From NCBI RefSeq assembly GCF_024508875.1, contig NZ_JANINU010000355.1:1027-65026 (forward strand): DNA of 64,000 nucleotides. Reading direction: 5' to 3'. Made by a program: the position numbers and the translations under genes. Shown here one piece after another: positions 9,299 through 18,740 of this stretch. Every line of letters begins with the position of its first letter. Position 1 is the first letter of the stretch. The stretch is from Phenylobacterium sp. GTDB lineage: Bacteria; Pseudomonadota; Alphaproteobacteria; Caulobacterales; Caulobacteraceae. The notes beneath the pieces were generated by a model that did not search any database, was not told the DNA's origin, and worked only from the letters and a program-made list of their open reading frames with translations.

Positions 9299-9961
9299 AT
9301 GCCGACGCCGCCTCCGGAGAAAACCGTACCTATGGTGCAGCCGGCGCGGCGCACGAAGGGCGAGCGCACCCGCGAGCGCATCCTCGACCTGGCCTATGAG
9401 GCGGTGATCCGGAAGGGCTTCGCGGCGACGTCGATCGAGGAACTGGTGGAGGCGGCGGGCCTCACCAAGAGCGGCTTCTTCTACCACTTCAAGGACAAGA
9501 CCGACCTCGCGCGGCAGCTCATCGAGACCTACACCGGCCGAAACATGGATTTCCTGGACACCCTGGCGCTGCGCGCGCGGGAGCTGTCCGATGATCCGCT
9601 GCACAGTTTTCTGATCTTCCTGAAACTCTATGCCGAGCAGATGGAAGAGATGACCTCCGCCCATCCCGGATGCATGGTGGCCACCGTGACCTTCCAGGAT
9701 CACGCCTGGGACCAGAGCGTGCGGCAACTCCTGATCGATCAGGTCGTCGCCTGGCGGGGACACTTCATCGGCTGGCTGGAGGAGATCGCGGCCGCCTATC
9801 CGCCGAAGGGCTACGCCCGCACCGTGGACATGGCCGACGCGATCCTGGCCTTCACCTACGGCGGCATGACCATCGCCCGTGCTCTGGCCGACGAGACCGC
9901 CATCAGCCGCCAGACCATGATGTTCCGAGAAACGGTCCGGCTGCATTTCCTCGGCGCCTGA
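9299..9961 (+). CDS. TetR/AcrR family transcriptional regulator
   Basis: N-terminal HTH GFAATSIEELVEAAGLTKSGFFYHFKDK; divergent from the TTC38-like gene. Confidence 0.93.
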   Translation: MPTPPPEKTVPMVQPARRTKGERTRERILDLAYEAVIRKGFAATSIEELVEAAGLTKSGFFYHFKDKTDLARQLIETYTGRNMDFLDTLALRARELSDDPLHSFLIFLKLYAEQMEEMTSAHPGCMVATVTFQDHAWDQSVRQLLIDQVVAWRGHFIGWLEEIAAAYPPKGYARTVDMADAILAFTYGGMTIARALADETAISRQTMMFRETVRLHFLGA

Positions 9962-10037
9962 CGATCCGGCGTCATTCGACGCGCATTCGCGACGGCGCGA
10001 GGTTTCCTGCCGCAGCATTCCGCGTTAGGCGGAGGGC

Positions 10038-11156
10038 ATGGCCGAGTTCGATTTCGATGCGGTGGTCGTTGGCGCGGGCGCCGTCGGGCTGGCCTGCGGG
10101 CTGGCGCTGTCCAGGCGTGGCTTGGCGGTCGCGGTGCTGGAACAGGACGCCGCGATTGGCCAGGGCGTCTCGTCGCGCAACTCCGAGGTGATCCACGGGG
10201 GGCTTTACTATCCGACCGGCTCATTGAAGGCGCGGCTCTGCGTCCAGGGGCGGCGGATGCTGTACGCCTTCTGCGACGCGCATCACGTCGAGTACGACCG
10301 GTGCGGCAAGCTGGTCGTGGCCGAGGCGGTCGACGATCTGGAGCGGCTGGAAGCGATCCTCGCCCAGGCGCTGGAGAACGACGTCGAGGGCATAGCGCGG
10401 CTGACGAAGGCGCAGGCGCTGGCCCTGGAGCCCGAACTGTCCTGCGAGGGCGCGCTGCTCTCGCCCGAGAGCGGTGTGTTCGAAAGCCATGCCTACATGC
10501 TCGCGATGCAGGGCGAGATCGAGACCGCGGGCGGCGCGGTGGTGCTGTCTACCCCGTTCGAGGGCGCAACCCCGCTGGAGGCCGGCGGCTTCGAAGTGCG
10601 CGCGGGCGGCGCCGAGCCGACCGTGCTCACCTGCCGGTACCTGGTCACCGCGCCCGGGCTCTCGGCGCAGCACGTGGCGGGCGAGATCGAGGGGTTCCCC
10701 AAGGCGGTGATCCCGGAGGCCCATTTTGGCAAGGGCATGTACTTCCGACTGGCGGGCAAGGCGCCGTTCGCGCGCCTCATCTATCCACCCCCGATCCCCG
10801 GCGCGCTGGGCACCCATTACCGCCGCGACCTGGGCGGGCAGGGGGTGTTCGGGCCCGACCTGACCTACGTCGACGAGCCGGACTACACGGTCGATCCGTC
10901 GGCCGCCGCGGGCTTCTACAGCTATATCCGCAAGTTCTGGCCGGGCCTGCCGGACGGCGCGCTCAGCCCCGACTACGCGGGGGTTCGGCCGAAGATCCAC
11001 GGGCCGGGCGACAAGCAGCCCGACTTCCGCCTGGACGCCGCCGACGTCCATGGCCTGCCGGGGTTGGTGGCGCTGTTCGGGATCGAAAGCCCCGGCCTCA
11101 CCTCCTCGCTGGCGATCGGCGAGGAGGTGGCGGCGCGCCTGGGGCTCGGCGCCTAG
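10038..11156 (+). CDS. lhgO: FAD-dependent oxidoreductase, L-2-hydroxyglutarate oxidase family
   Basis: VVVGAGAVG dinucleotide fold, SSRNSEVIHGGLYYPTGSLKA, GIESPGLTSSLAI. Confidence 0.8.
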   Translation: MAEFDFDAVVVGAGAVGLACGLALSRRGLAVAVLEQDAAIGQGVSSRNSEVIHGGLYYPTGSLKARLCVQGRRMLYAFCDAHHVEYDRCGKLVVAEAVDDLERLEAILAQALENDVEGIARLTKAQALALEPELSCEGALLSPESGVFESHAYMLAMQGEIETAGGAVVLSTPFEGATPLEAGGFEVRAGGAEPTVLTCRYLVTAPGLSAQHVAGEIEGFPKAVIPEAHFGKGMYFRLAGKAPFARLIYPPPIPGALGTHYRRDLGGQGVFGPDLTYVDEPDYTVDPSAAAGFYSYIRKFWPGLPDGALSPDYAGVRPKIHGPGDKQPDFRLDAADVHGLPGLVALFGIESPGLTSSLAIGEEVAARLGLGA

Positions 11157-11854
11157 ACGAACCGGGCCGATCCGCAGCGCGCACGCCTTTGCCGCCGCAT
11201 CGCGCCGCCGACGCCGGCGAAGCCCAGGATCATCATAGCCCAGGTCGCCGGCTCCGGCACCGCGGCGGCGCCCGTCGGGCGGACGTCGAACGCGATGTTG
11301 TCCAACGCGACGTTGTAGCCGTCCGGCCCCCAGCTCAGCACAATGCCGTCCGTCACCGCGGCGCTGTTCACCGCGAGGTGATTGTGGCCACCCGGATTGG
11401 TCCCGAGTGTCTCCGAGAAGAGTGTCGTCCCGCCAAGCGTCCGGATCGAGATCGGTGTGGAGGACGTCAGGTTCTTGAACGTTGCGAAGTCGAACGATAG
11501 CAACGAGATCTCGTACCCCGGCAACGCTTTCAACACGATCTCCGAACGGAAGTCGGTCGAGTTCTGGCCGCCGAACACCACGCGCTCAAGGTCGCCATAG
11601 CCGCTGTACCAGAAGAAGAGGCCGGGGGTCACCGCGCCGGTCTTTACATTGACGTACTGATAGCTCACGTCGACGCCTGGTCCGTCGCCGTACGAAGCCG
11701 GGATGCCCGCGACGCCTTCGAAGTCTAGGATCGTCGTCGCCGCGTGGGCCGAAGCAGCGCCGAATGCGGTAAGTGTGAGCGCCAGAGCGAGCGGAGCAGC
11801 AAGCCGGCGCGGCCCTCCCAGGGCGGGCGGATTTGCCGAAGAACGCTTTGTCAT
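11153..11854 (-). CDS. PEPxxWA-CTERM sorting-domain protein
   Basis: Signal peptide ending AHA; C-terminal VPEPATWAMMILGFAGVGGAMRR. The upstream part of ORF 11153..12721 is a shadow of the next gene. Confidence 0.9.
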   Translation of the reverse strand: MTKRSSANPPALGGPRRLAAPLALALTLTAFGAASAHAATTILDFEGVAGIPASYGDGPGVDVSYQYVNVKTGAVTPGLFFWYSGYGDLERVVFGGQNSTDFRSEIVLKALPGYEISLLSFDFATFKNLTSSTPISIRTLGGTTLFSETLGTNPGGHNHLAVNSAAVTDGIVLSWGPDGYNVALDNIAFDVRPTGAAAVPEPATWAMMILGFAGVGGAMRRQRRARCGSARFV

Positions 11855-12043
11855 GAAACACCTGTGAGCGGTTAAACGGATGCACTGATCCGCACCTAGC
11901 TTCGTCGCCTGCCGGAGGCGCGCGCCGTTCGACGAAGGCCCGACTTTCCCGACGAACGCCGAATTCTTCGCCTGTGAGGTGCTCGAACGCGCGTTTGAAA
12001 TTCCCAGCCAAACGAGGATAGTCGGCCCAAACCGGAGGATCCC

Positions 12044-12994
12044 ATGAAGAACCGCATCACCGACCTGCTGGGCGTCGAGTATCCGATCGTTCAAGCGCCG
12101 ATGGGGTGGATCGCGCGCTCGCAACTGGCCAGCGCGGTTTCGAACGCCGGCGCGCTCGGGATCATAGAGACGTCTTCGGGCCGACTCGACGAAGTGCGCG
12201 AGGAGGTCGCGAAGATGAAGACCCTCACGGACAAGCCCTGGGGGATCAACGTGGCCCAGGCCTTCGTGCGCGACCCGGACATCGTGAGCTTCGTCGCGGA
12301 CCAGGGCGTGCGGTTCGTCACCACCTCGGCCGGCGACCCGAACAAGTATTGCGACGCGCTCAAGAGCAAGGGGCTGACAGTGTTCCACGTCGTGCCGTCG
12401 CTGTCGGCGGCGGAGAAGGCGATCGCGGCGGGCGTTGATGGCCTGGTCGTGGAAGGCGGCGAGGGCGGCGGCTTCAAGAATAGCCGCGAGGTGGCGACCA
12501 TGGTGCTGCTGCCGCTGGTCTGCTCGAAGACAGACCTCCCGGTGATCGCGGCGGGGGGCATCACCGACGGCCGCTCGATGGCGGCGGCCTTCGCCCTGGG
12601 GGCCGAGGGCGTGCAGATGGGCACGCGGATGGTTTCCGCGGCGGAGAGCCCGGTGCACCAGAACTGGAAGGACATGATCGTGGGCGCCAAGGAAACGGAC
12701 ACCGTCTTCCTGAACCGCCACGGGCCGGGGCCGGCGCTGCGGGCGCTGCGCACGGAGAAGACCAGCCGCTTCGAGCTGGAGCCGCCGCCGAACATCATGG
12801 CCGAGATGGCGAACGCCCTGTCGCTCTACTTCGGCGGGGACATGGAGGCCGCGATCGCGCTGACGGGCCAGGTGGCCGGGCGGATCGACAGCGTGCGGCC
12901 GGTGGCCGACATCATCCGCGACACGGTTGAGGAGTTCGAGGCGGTCGTGACGAAGCTGGGCCGCCAGTACGGCAAGGCGCCCCAGCCGGCCTGA
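12044..12994 (+). CDS. Nitronate monooxygenase family flavin oxidoreductase
   Basis: PIVQAPMG, EGGEGGG, AAGGITDGR, GVQMGTR motifs. Confidence 0.92.
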   Translation: MKNRITDLLGVEYPIVQAPMGWIARSQLASAVSNAGALGIIETSSGRLDEVREEVAKMKTLTDKPWGINVAQAFVRDPDIVSFVADQGVRFVTTSAGDPNKYCDALKSKGLTVFHVVPSLSAAEKAIAAGVDGLVVEGGEGGGFKNSREVATMVLLPLVCSKTDLPVIAAGGITDGRSMAAAFALGAEGVQMGTRMVSAAESPVHQNWKDMIVGAKETDTVFLNRHGPGPALRALRTEKTSRFELEPPPNIMAEMANALSLYFGGDMEAAIALTGQVAGRIDSVRPVADIIRDTVEEFEAVVTKLGRQYGKAPQPA

Positions 12995-13867
12995 CTACTT
13001 CGGCAGCGTCGCCAGCCAGTTGAGGATCTCGGTCTCCAGCCGGATGCGGGCGGTGTTCCAGCCGTGATCGGTGCGGGCGTGAACGATGGCCGCGCGCCCG
13101 CCCCGCTGCTTGACGTCCATGAACAGCTTCTCGGCCTGGGGCGCGAGGCCGTCGTCCGATGTGAGCACCAGCAGCGGCTTCTTCGCCAAACCCGGCGCGG
13201 CCGCGGCGAAGGTGTAGGCGCCCAGCGTCGTCATCTGGTCGGCCATGCTCTCGGCGGTGACGCCGGCCAGCGCCTCCATGTTGTCGGCGGCCACAGCGAC
13301 GAGCTGGGCCTTCGGCGCGCCCGCCCGGTCGCCCATGTCGGCCGCCGAGATCAGCGCCGCGCCCAGGAGGCCATCGTCCGAGGCGGCCACCTGCGAGGTC
13401 ACCCAGCCGCCCATGCTGTGGCCCATGATGACGATCCGCCTGGGGTCGATCCGAAGGCGTTTCGCCGTGGCGGGGTCGCGGAGGTAAGCCAGCACCGCTT
13501 TCGCGTCGTCGAGGTTGCCCGCGAAGCTGAAACTGCCCGGGCTGCCCCACGAGCCGCGGTAGTTGAACGTGATGGCGTTCCAGCCGGCGCGGCGGACCGC
13601 CTGGGCCAGGTCGAGGTTCTTCTCGTTGCCCGGTAGGCCGTGGAGGATGACCGCTGTCGGATGCGGCCCGGCCCCAGCGGCGAGATAGGCCAGGCCATTG
13701 ATCTGCACGCCGCCGGAGGGGATATGCAGCACTTCGGACCGGGCCGGGTTGAGGGCGTCCGCGGGCGGGTCGGTGAAGATTGCCGCCGGGGGCCGCGTCT
13801 GGGCCGTGGCGCCCGAGCCGATCGCGAGCGCGGCGCAGGCCGCCAGCAGCAGAGACTTCATCGTCAT
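12995..13867 (-). CDS. Secreted alpha/beta hydrolase
   Basis: Signal peptide, LHGLPGNEKNLD, YRGSWGS, GHSMGG, TDHGW. Confidence 0.85.
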   Translation of the reverse strand: MTMKSLLLAACAALAIGSGATAQTRPPAAIFTDPPADALNPARSEVLHIPSGGVQINGLAYLAAGAGPHPTAVILHGLPGNEKNLDLAQAVRRAGWNAITFNYRGSWGSPGSFSFAGNLDDAKAVLAYLRDPATAKRLRIDPRRIVIMGHSMGGWVTSQVAASDDGLLGAALISAADMGDRAGAPKAQLVAVAADNMEALAGVTAESMADQMTTLGAYTFAAAAPGLAKKPLLVLTSDDGLAPQAEKLFMDVKQRGGRAAIVHARTDHGWNTARIRLETEILNWLATLPK

Positions 13868-13899
13868 CCCTTGGGTTCGAACCGGCGCCAGCGTAGCAG

Positions 13900-15153
13900 C
13901 TATTTGCGCGGCGCAACGCGGATCACGCGGCCCTTGTCGCTGTCGGTGGCGAGGTAGAGTGCGCCGTCCGGTCCCTGGACCACGTCCCGCAGCCGCTCGC
14001 CGACGTCGGTCAGCAGGCGCTCCTCGCCGACGACCCGGTCGCCCTTCAGCGTCAGGCGCGACAGGTACTTGGGGCCGAGGCCCGAGACGAACAGGCTGCC
14101 TTTCCAGGCCGGCGCCGCGTCCGAGGTGTAGAACGCCATGCCGCCGGGCGCGATCACCGGGTCCCAATAGTAGATCGGCTGTTCCATGCCGGCCTTCTGG
14201 GTGATGCCGCCCGTGATCGGGCCGCCGGCGTATTCGATGCCATAGGCGATGGTGGGCCAACCGTAGTCCTTGCCCTTGCGCACGATGTTCAGCTCGTCGC
14301 CTCCGCGCGTGCCGTGCTCCACTTCCCAGAGCTCGCCGGTGGTGGGATTGATCGCCGCGCCCAGCACGTTGCGATGGCCCAGGGTCCAGATCTCCGGCTT
14401 CGCGCCCGCGCGGCCGACGAAGGGATTGTCCTTGGGGATCGAGCCATCCGCATTGATGCGGACGATCTTGCCGAGGGTGGCGTCCAGGTTCTGGGCCTGC
14501 ATCCGGCCCTCGGTGATCGAACGCTCGCCGCCGGTGACATACAGCTTGCCGTCGCGCCCGAAGACCAGGCGGCCGCCGAAGTGCTTGGTCGAGGCCATTG
14601 GCGGCGTCTGACGGTAGATGACGGTCACGCTTTCGAGCCGCGGCGCGCCGCCCTCCATGGCCAGCCGGCCGCGAGCCACGGCGGCGTTGTTGGTCCCGTC
14701 GCCCTTCGGTTCCGCATAGGCGAGATAGACGAGCCCGTTCTTCGCGAACTGCGGGTCGATGGCCAGGCCCAGCAGGCCGCCCTGGTCGCGCGCGTCCACC
14801 GCGGGCACGCCGGCGATGGGCTCGGACAGCTTGCCGTCCTTGAACAGCCGCAACCGTCCCGGCCGCTCGGTGATCAGCAGACCGCCATCCGGGGTGAAGG
14901 CCAGCCCCCACGGGCGCTGCAGACCTGTCACGTAGTCGGTCACGTCGACGGCCACGTTCGCCTTCATCTCGGGCGCGCGCGTCTGGCCGGCGAAGGCGGG
15001 CTTCTGGTCCTTGCCGTTGGGCGGGCGGGTTTCGACCGGCGCGCCCGCCTGTTGCGCTGGGTTCGTCTGGGCCTGGCCGGGCGGCCCGCCGCAGGCGGCG
15101 AGCAGGACGGCGGCGCCGGCGGTCAGCAGGAAAGACTTCATCCACATCCCCAT
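13900..15153 (-). CDS. PQQ-dependent aldose sugar dehydrogenase (YliI-like) lipoprotein
   Basis: Lipobox LLAAC; [47 protein letters not shown]. Confidence 0.92.
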   Translation of the reverse strand: MGMWMKSFLLTAGAAVLLAACGGPPGQAQTNPAQQAGAPVETRPPNGKDQKPAFAGQTRAPEMKANVAVDVTDYVTGLQRPWGLAFTPDGGLLITERPGRLRLFKDGKLSEPIAGVPAVDARDQGGLLGLAIDPQFAKNGLVYLAYAEPKGDGTNNAAVARGRLAMEGGAPRLESVTVIYRQTPPMASTKHFGGRLVFGRDGKLYVTGGERSITEGRMQAQNLDATLGKIVRINADGSIPKDNPFVGRAGAKPEIWTLGHRNVLGAAINPTTGELWEVEHGTRGGDELNIVRKGKDYGWPTIAYGIEYAGGPITGGITQKAGMEQPIYYWDPVIAPGGMAFYTSDAAPAWKGSLFVSGLGPKYLSRLTLKGDRVVGEERLLTDVGERLRDVVQGPDGALYLATDSDKGRVIRVAPRK

Positions 15154-15155
15154 CT

Positions 15156-16907
15156 TCAAATTCCCGTCGCGGCGGCCAGCGCGTCTGCCGGCGATGCGCC
15201 CTCCAGGTGGATCAGCGCCCACACGCCGAAGAACAGCCAGGGCCAGAGGGTTCCCTCGTCCCTCGGCGGACCGCCCAGCCTCCGCACGGCCTCGATGCGC
15301 CCCAGGCGCTCGCCGATCTGCGTGGCGCGAGGTGCGATCCAGGCTTCGACCGGAACGGTGAAGCCCTGCTTCTTCGCCCAGGGTTCGGCGGCGGGACAGG
15401 CGCGTTCCAGCCATTTGCGCAAAAGCCATTTGCCGTAGCCGCCGCGCACCTTGGCGCGGTCGGGCAGGCTCCAGGCGAAGGCGGCGACCTCTGCGTCCAG
15501 GAACGGCGTGCGCCCCTCCAGCCCGTGGGCCATGAGGCAGCGGTCCAGCTTCAGCAGCAGGTCGTTCGGCAGCCAGGTCACCACGTCGGCCCACTGGGCG
15601 GCCTGCAAGGATGAGAGGCCGCGCGGCGCGCGGGCCTGCTCGCGCCAGGCCGCAAGCACTTCGGGCGTCGCGCCCCGCGGCTCGGCCGGCCGGCCGCCGA
15701 GCAGCCTGGGGCGCAGGGCGCGGCGATAGCGGCCGTAGCCGCCGAAGAGCTCGTCCCCACCTTCGCCGGTCAGAACGACGGTGAGGGTTCCCTTGGCCGC
15801 CTCGGCCAGCTTGTAGGTGGGCAGGGTCGCATAGTCCGCCGTCGGATCGTCCAGCGCCCATGCGACCTGCGGCAGGATCCGCCAGAAGTCCTCCTCGCCG
15901 AAGGTCGTCTCCCGCCAGTCGAGCTCCAGCGCCCGCGCCACCTTCTCGGCCTGGGCCCGTTCGTCCTTGGCGCCGGGCGCATCAAAGCCGCAGGTGAAGG
16001 CGGTGACTGGCCGCGAGTTGAGACGCGCCATAAGCGTGGCGATGGCCGCCGAGTCGATACCGCCCGACAGGAAGAGGCCGTACGGCACGTCCGACCGCTG
16101 ATGCACCCGCACGCTGTCCTCCAGGACGGCGTCGAGGCGCTGGAGCAATTTTCCCTCCCCTTCGGGGGGAGGGTGACGAGCGCCAGCGAGACGGGCGGGG
16201 AAGTCACGACCGGGCTCCGGGCTTGAACCTGTATCCCCCGCCCGTCCGCTCCCCATAAGGGGGAGGGACAGCGCCGCCCTGCGCTTGCCGCTCACGATCC
16301 GTCCGTCGCGGACCTCCATCACCTCGCCGGGGGCGAGGCGGCGCAGGCCCTGGAACGGGCTCCGCTCGCCCAGCACATAGTTGAGCTCGACGAGCTCGCG
16401 CGCCGCGCCTTCGTCCAAGGCGCGCTGCACTAGGCCGGCGGCGAAGAATGCCCGCGGCTCGGAGGCGAAGGCCAGGCCGCCCGCGTGCTCCATGATGTAG
16501 AGCGGCTTGATCCCGAATGGGTCGCGCGCGAGCCATGCGCGGCCGTCTGCGCCGATCAGGCAGAAGGCGTACATGCCCCGCAACCGACGGAAGGCGGCCT
16601 CGCCCTCCCGGGCGTAGAGGTGCAGCAACGGCTCGAAGTCGGAGCCGGTGGCGGTGGTGAGCCCGAAGTCGCGCGCCAGCTCGACGTAATTGTAGATCTC
16701 GCCATTGCCGATCACGGTCCCGCCGGCCGCATGCAGAGGCTGCCAGCCGCCGTCGAGGTCGATGATCGAGAGGCGCGCGTGTGCGAGGCGGGCGCCGGCA
16801 GCCGCCTCGGTCCGCACGCCGTTCGGCCCGCGATGGCCCAGGGCGTGGATCATCCGTTCGGCCGAGGCGTTGTCCGCCCCGCCGAGCTGGCCGGCGATGC
16901 CGCACAT
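15156..16907 (-). CDS. asnB: Asparagine synthetase B-family amidotransferase (carries an in-frame 39-aa palindromic insertion)
   Basis: N-terminal MCGIAG (Ntn Cys), [34 protein letters not shown]; TGATG coupling to the upstream glycosyltransferase. Confidence 0.9.
   Translation of the reverse strand: MCGIAGQLGGADNASAERMIHALGHRGPNGVRTEAAAGARLAHARLSIIDLDGGWQPLHAAGGTVIGNGEIYNYVELARDFGLTTATGSDFEPLLHLYAREGEAAFRRLRGMYAFCLIGADGRAWLARDPFGIKPLYIMEHAGGLAFASEPRAFFAAGLVQRALDEGAARELVELNYVLGERSPFQGLRRLAPGEVMEVRDGRIVSGKRRAALSLPLMGSGRAGDTGSSPEPGRDFPARLAGARHPPPEGEGKLLQRLDAVLEDSVRVHQRSDVPYGLFLSGGIDSAAIATLMARLNSRPVTAFTCGFDAPGAKDERAQAEKVARALELDWRETTFGEEDFWRILPQVAWALDDPTADYATLPTYKLAEAAKGTLTVVLTGEGGDELFGGYGRYRRALRPRLLGGRPAEPRGATPEVLAAWREQARAPRGLSSLQAAQWADVVTWLPNDLLLKLDRCLMAHGLEGRTPFLDAEVAAFAWSLPDRAKVRGGYGKWLLRKWLERACPAAEPWAKKQGFTVPVEAWIAPRATQIGERLGRIEAVRRLGGPPRDEGTLWPWLFFGVWALIHLEGASPADALAAATGI
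16152..16268. repeat. 117-bp palindromic miniature element inserted in frame in asnB
   Basis: Terminal inverted repeats TCCCTCCCCTT..AAGGGGGAGGGA; each end also forms a local hairpin; inner inverted repeat ACGGGCGGGG (16191-16200) / CCCCGCCCGT (16236-16245); length is 39 codons. Confidence 0.8.
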
Positions 16908-17935
16908 CAGGCGGCCCCGTAGTCGGCGAACAGCGCCTTCCACTGGGCCACGACGGCGGCCTCCGAGAACTCCGCCTCCACCCGGGCGGCGCCTGCGGCT
17001 GCGAGCCTTGCGCGCAGCATGGGCTCGTCCAGCAATTGCCGGACGGCCAGGGCTAGCGCCCCGGCGTCGTCGACCGGGATCAGCAGGCCATCATCGCCGT
17101 CCTCGATCAAAGCCTTGGGCCCCTGGCTCGCGGCGGCGACCACCGGCAGGCCGTGGGCCCAGCTTTGGATCACCACATTGCCCAACGGTTCGTATCGCGA
17201 GGGGAAGACGCAGACGTCGGCGCTTCGGTAGAGCGCGGAGGCGTCGGTGCGCCAGCCGAGGAACCTAACCCGGCCCGCCACGCCCAGCGCCTCGGCCATG
17301 CCTTTCAGCTTGGCCTCCAGTGGGCCGGCGCCGGCGATCCAGAGCCAGGCGTCGGGCAGTTCGGCCAGCGCCTGCAGCGCGACATCGTGGGCCTTGTTCT
17401 CATGCAACCGGCCCATGGCGAGGAGGAGCGGAGCCTCCTCGGGCGTGCCGAGGCTGGCGCGATCGACGGGCGCGGCGTCGGGCGGGGCGGCGGCGAAGTT
17501 GGGGATGCAGGTCACCCGGCCTGCCGGCCAGCCTTGGTCCACGATCCACTCGGCGATGTCCTCGGTGTTGGCCACCAGGTGGTCGAAGCCCTTGTAATAC
17601 TTGAGGCTGTAGTAGCCGCCGAGCCGACCGATCCGCGCCCACGGCCCGCGCGGCGTATGTCGCGCCGCCCGGTTCATCCACGCCACGGCCACCTTCGTGC
17701 GTTGCAGAGCTGCGAAGCCCGCCGCCGCGGGCCGGGTAAGGATGTCGAGGGGGCCGCCGAACCTCAGCACCTTGCAGGGGACGCCCGCCCGCCTCAACCG
17801 GGCCTCCCGTCCGGCGTTGCGTCGGACGGCGGCGGCCTGGGACATGCCTGCCCGCTGCAGCGCCTCCACGAGGTCGACGAAATAGGTCTCAGCGCCGCCT
17901 TCGCCGGCTGTTCCCAGGAGGTGCAGGACGCTCAT
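16907..17935 (-). CDS. Glycosyltransferase family 4
   Basis: GGAETYF, MGRLHENKAHD, PSRYEPLGNVVIQSW GT-B motifs. Confidence 0.92.
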   Translation of the reverse strand: MSVLHLLGTAGEGGAETYFVDLVEALQRAGMSQAAAVRRNAGREARLRRAGVPCKVLRFGGPLDILTRPAAAGFAALQRTKVAVAWMNRAARHTPRGPWARIGRLGGYYSLKYYKGFDHLVANTEDIAEWIVDQGWPAGRVTCIPNFAAAPPDAAPVDRASLGTPEEAPLLLAMGRLHENKAHDVALQALAELPDAWLWIAGAGPLEAKLKGMAEALGVAGRVRFLGWRTDASALYRSADVCVFPSRYEPLGNVVIQSWAHGLPVVAAASQGPKALIEDGDDGLLIPVDDAGALALAVRQLLDEPMLRARLAAAGAARVEAEFSEAAVVAQWKALFADYGAA

Positions 17936-17978
17936 CGCGGGTGCGACCCTAACGGCAGATCGTCCTTTGCCCAAGCGC

Positions 17979-18007
17979 TTGAAGCGGAGCGCATGTGCCC
18001 CTATAAA
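17979..18007 (+). promoter_or_regulatory. Sigma70-type promoter of tRNA-Met
   Basis: TTGAAG-N17-TATAAA followed by a GC-rich discriminator, 30 nt before the tRNA. Confidence 0.75.
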
Positions 18008-18037
18008 CCGCGCCTCGCGCGGCGAGCGCCCTGGCTT

Positions 18038-18114
18038 GGCTGGGTAGCTCAGCTGGTTAGAGCGGTGGATTCATAACCCACAGGTCGGCGGTTCGAGCCC
18101 GCCCCCCGCCACCA
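18038..18114 (+). tRNA. tRNA-Met (CAT), probably elongator
   Basis: Cloverleaf: GGCTGGG/CCCCGCC acceptor, AGCTGGTTAGAG D-loop, anticodon CAT at 18072-18074, GGCGG-TTCGAGC-CCGCC T-arm, encoded CCA. G1 start argues against initiator. Confidence 0.93.
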
Positions 18115-18153
18115 GGGCCTCGCCGCGCGATAGATACCCCGGAAAATCCAGCT

Positions 18154-18363
18154 TCAGGCCGCGTCGCGGGCCGCCGTCTCGGCGTCGGCTGGCGTGTTGA
18201 TGGTCAGCATGGCGTCGTAGCCCTGGACCTCGGCCTTGCGCGCGGCGTTGCTGGCGGCGGTGACCGCGGCGTCGAGGCTCGAATAGGGGCCGAAGTGCTT
18301 GCCGTTCAGGCCCACCTTCCAGGCGCCGTCGATCAGGTCGACCGTGTAGTTCACCAGGGCCAT
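18154..18363 (-). CDS. Small hypothetical protein (DUF2188-like)
   Basis: MALVNYTVDLIDGAWKVGLNGKHFGPYSSLDAAVTAA.., GAGGG SD, strong GC3 bias. Confidence 0.7.
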   Translation of the reverse strand: MALVNYTVDLIDGAWKVGLNGKHFGPYSSLDAAVTAASNAARKAEVQGYDAMLTINTPADAETAARDAA

Positions 18364-18389
18364 GACGCGTCCCTCGCCGATTGGTCGCC

Positions 18390-18405
18390 GAATCGAATCC
18401 GATTC
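18390..18405. promoter_or_regulatory. Cluster of three GANTC (CcrM) sites
   Basis: GAATC GAATC C GATTC within 16 bp in a divergent intergenic region. Confidence 0.55.
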
Positions 18406-18545
18406 GCGCGCAGAACGCGAGTGTTCAACGGTTCGATGACGGCGCGCCCCCCTCGCACAGAGGCGTCCTGCATCTGGCACGCGGCTTGTTGCGTAACGCG
18501 TTAGGCGAGCCAAAACGGCACGCCGGCCCGAATGGAGACCTTGCT

Positions 18546-18740
18546 ATGGTGTCTTCCGTTGTCGTGGCCCGGACCAAGTCGGACGGGCTTGAGTACCTTG
18601 CCGAAGCTGCGCCGGTCGCGTGGACCGACGCTTCGCATTCCGCCCAGCAGTTCCAGAGCGTTCGCGACGCGACCCGCGCCGCCATGCGCCTGCCCAGCCG
18701 CTTCCGCGCGTTCGCGCTGCCGGTGACCGAGGCGAATTAG
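18546..18740 (+). CDS. Small hypothetical protein (64 aa)
   Basis: GGAGA SD before ATG 18546; MVSSVVVARTKSDGLEYLAEAAPVAWTD..ATRAAMRLPSRFRAFALP. Confidence 0.65.
   Translation: MVSSVVVARTKSDGLEYLAEAAPVAWTDASHSAQQFQSVRDATRAAMRLPSRFRAFALPVTEAN

Noticed and set aside
11855-12721. N-terminal extensions of ORFs such as 11153..12721, 12995..15145, 23211..25001, 45581..46861
   Set aside because: The extensions overlap other genes; true starts are supported by signal peptides, SD motifs or family N-termini.
18038-18114. Mismatches in the tRNA (U4-C69 acceptor, A31-C39 anticodon stem) suggesting a pseudogene
   Set aside because: All other conserved positions, the CCA end and a strong promoter are intact; single mismatches are tolerated.
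18038-18740. tRNA-Met as an integration site for a prophage or island
   Set aside because: No integrase, no duplicated tRNA 3' end and no phage genes were seen; core genes resume within about 1.3 kb.
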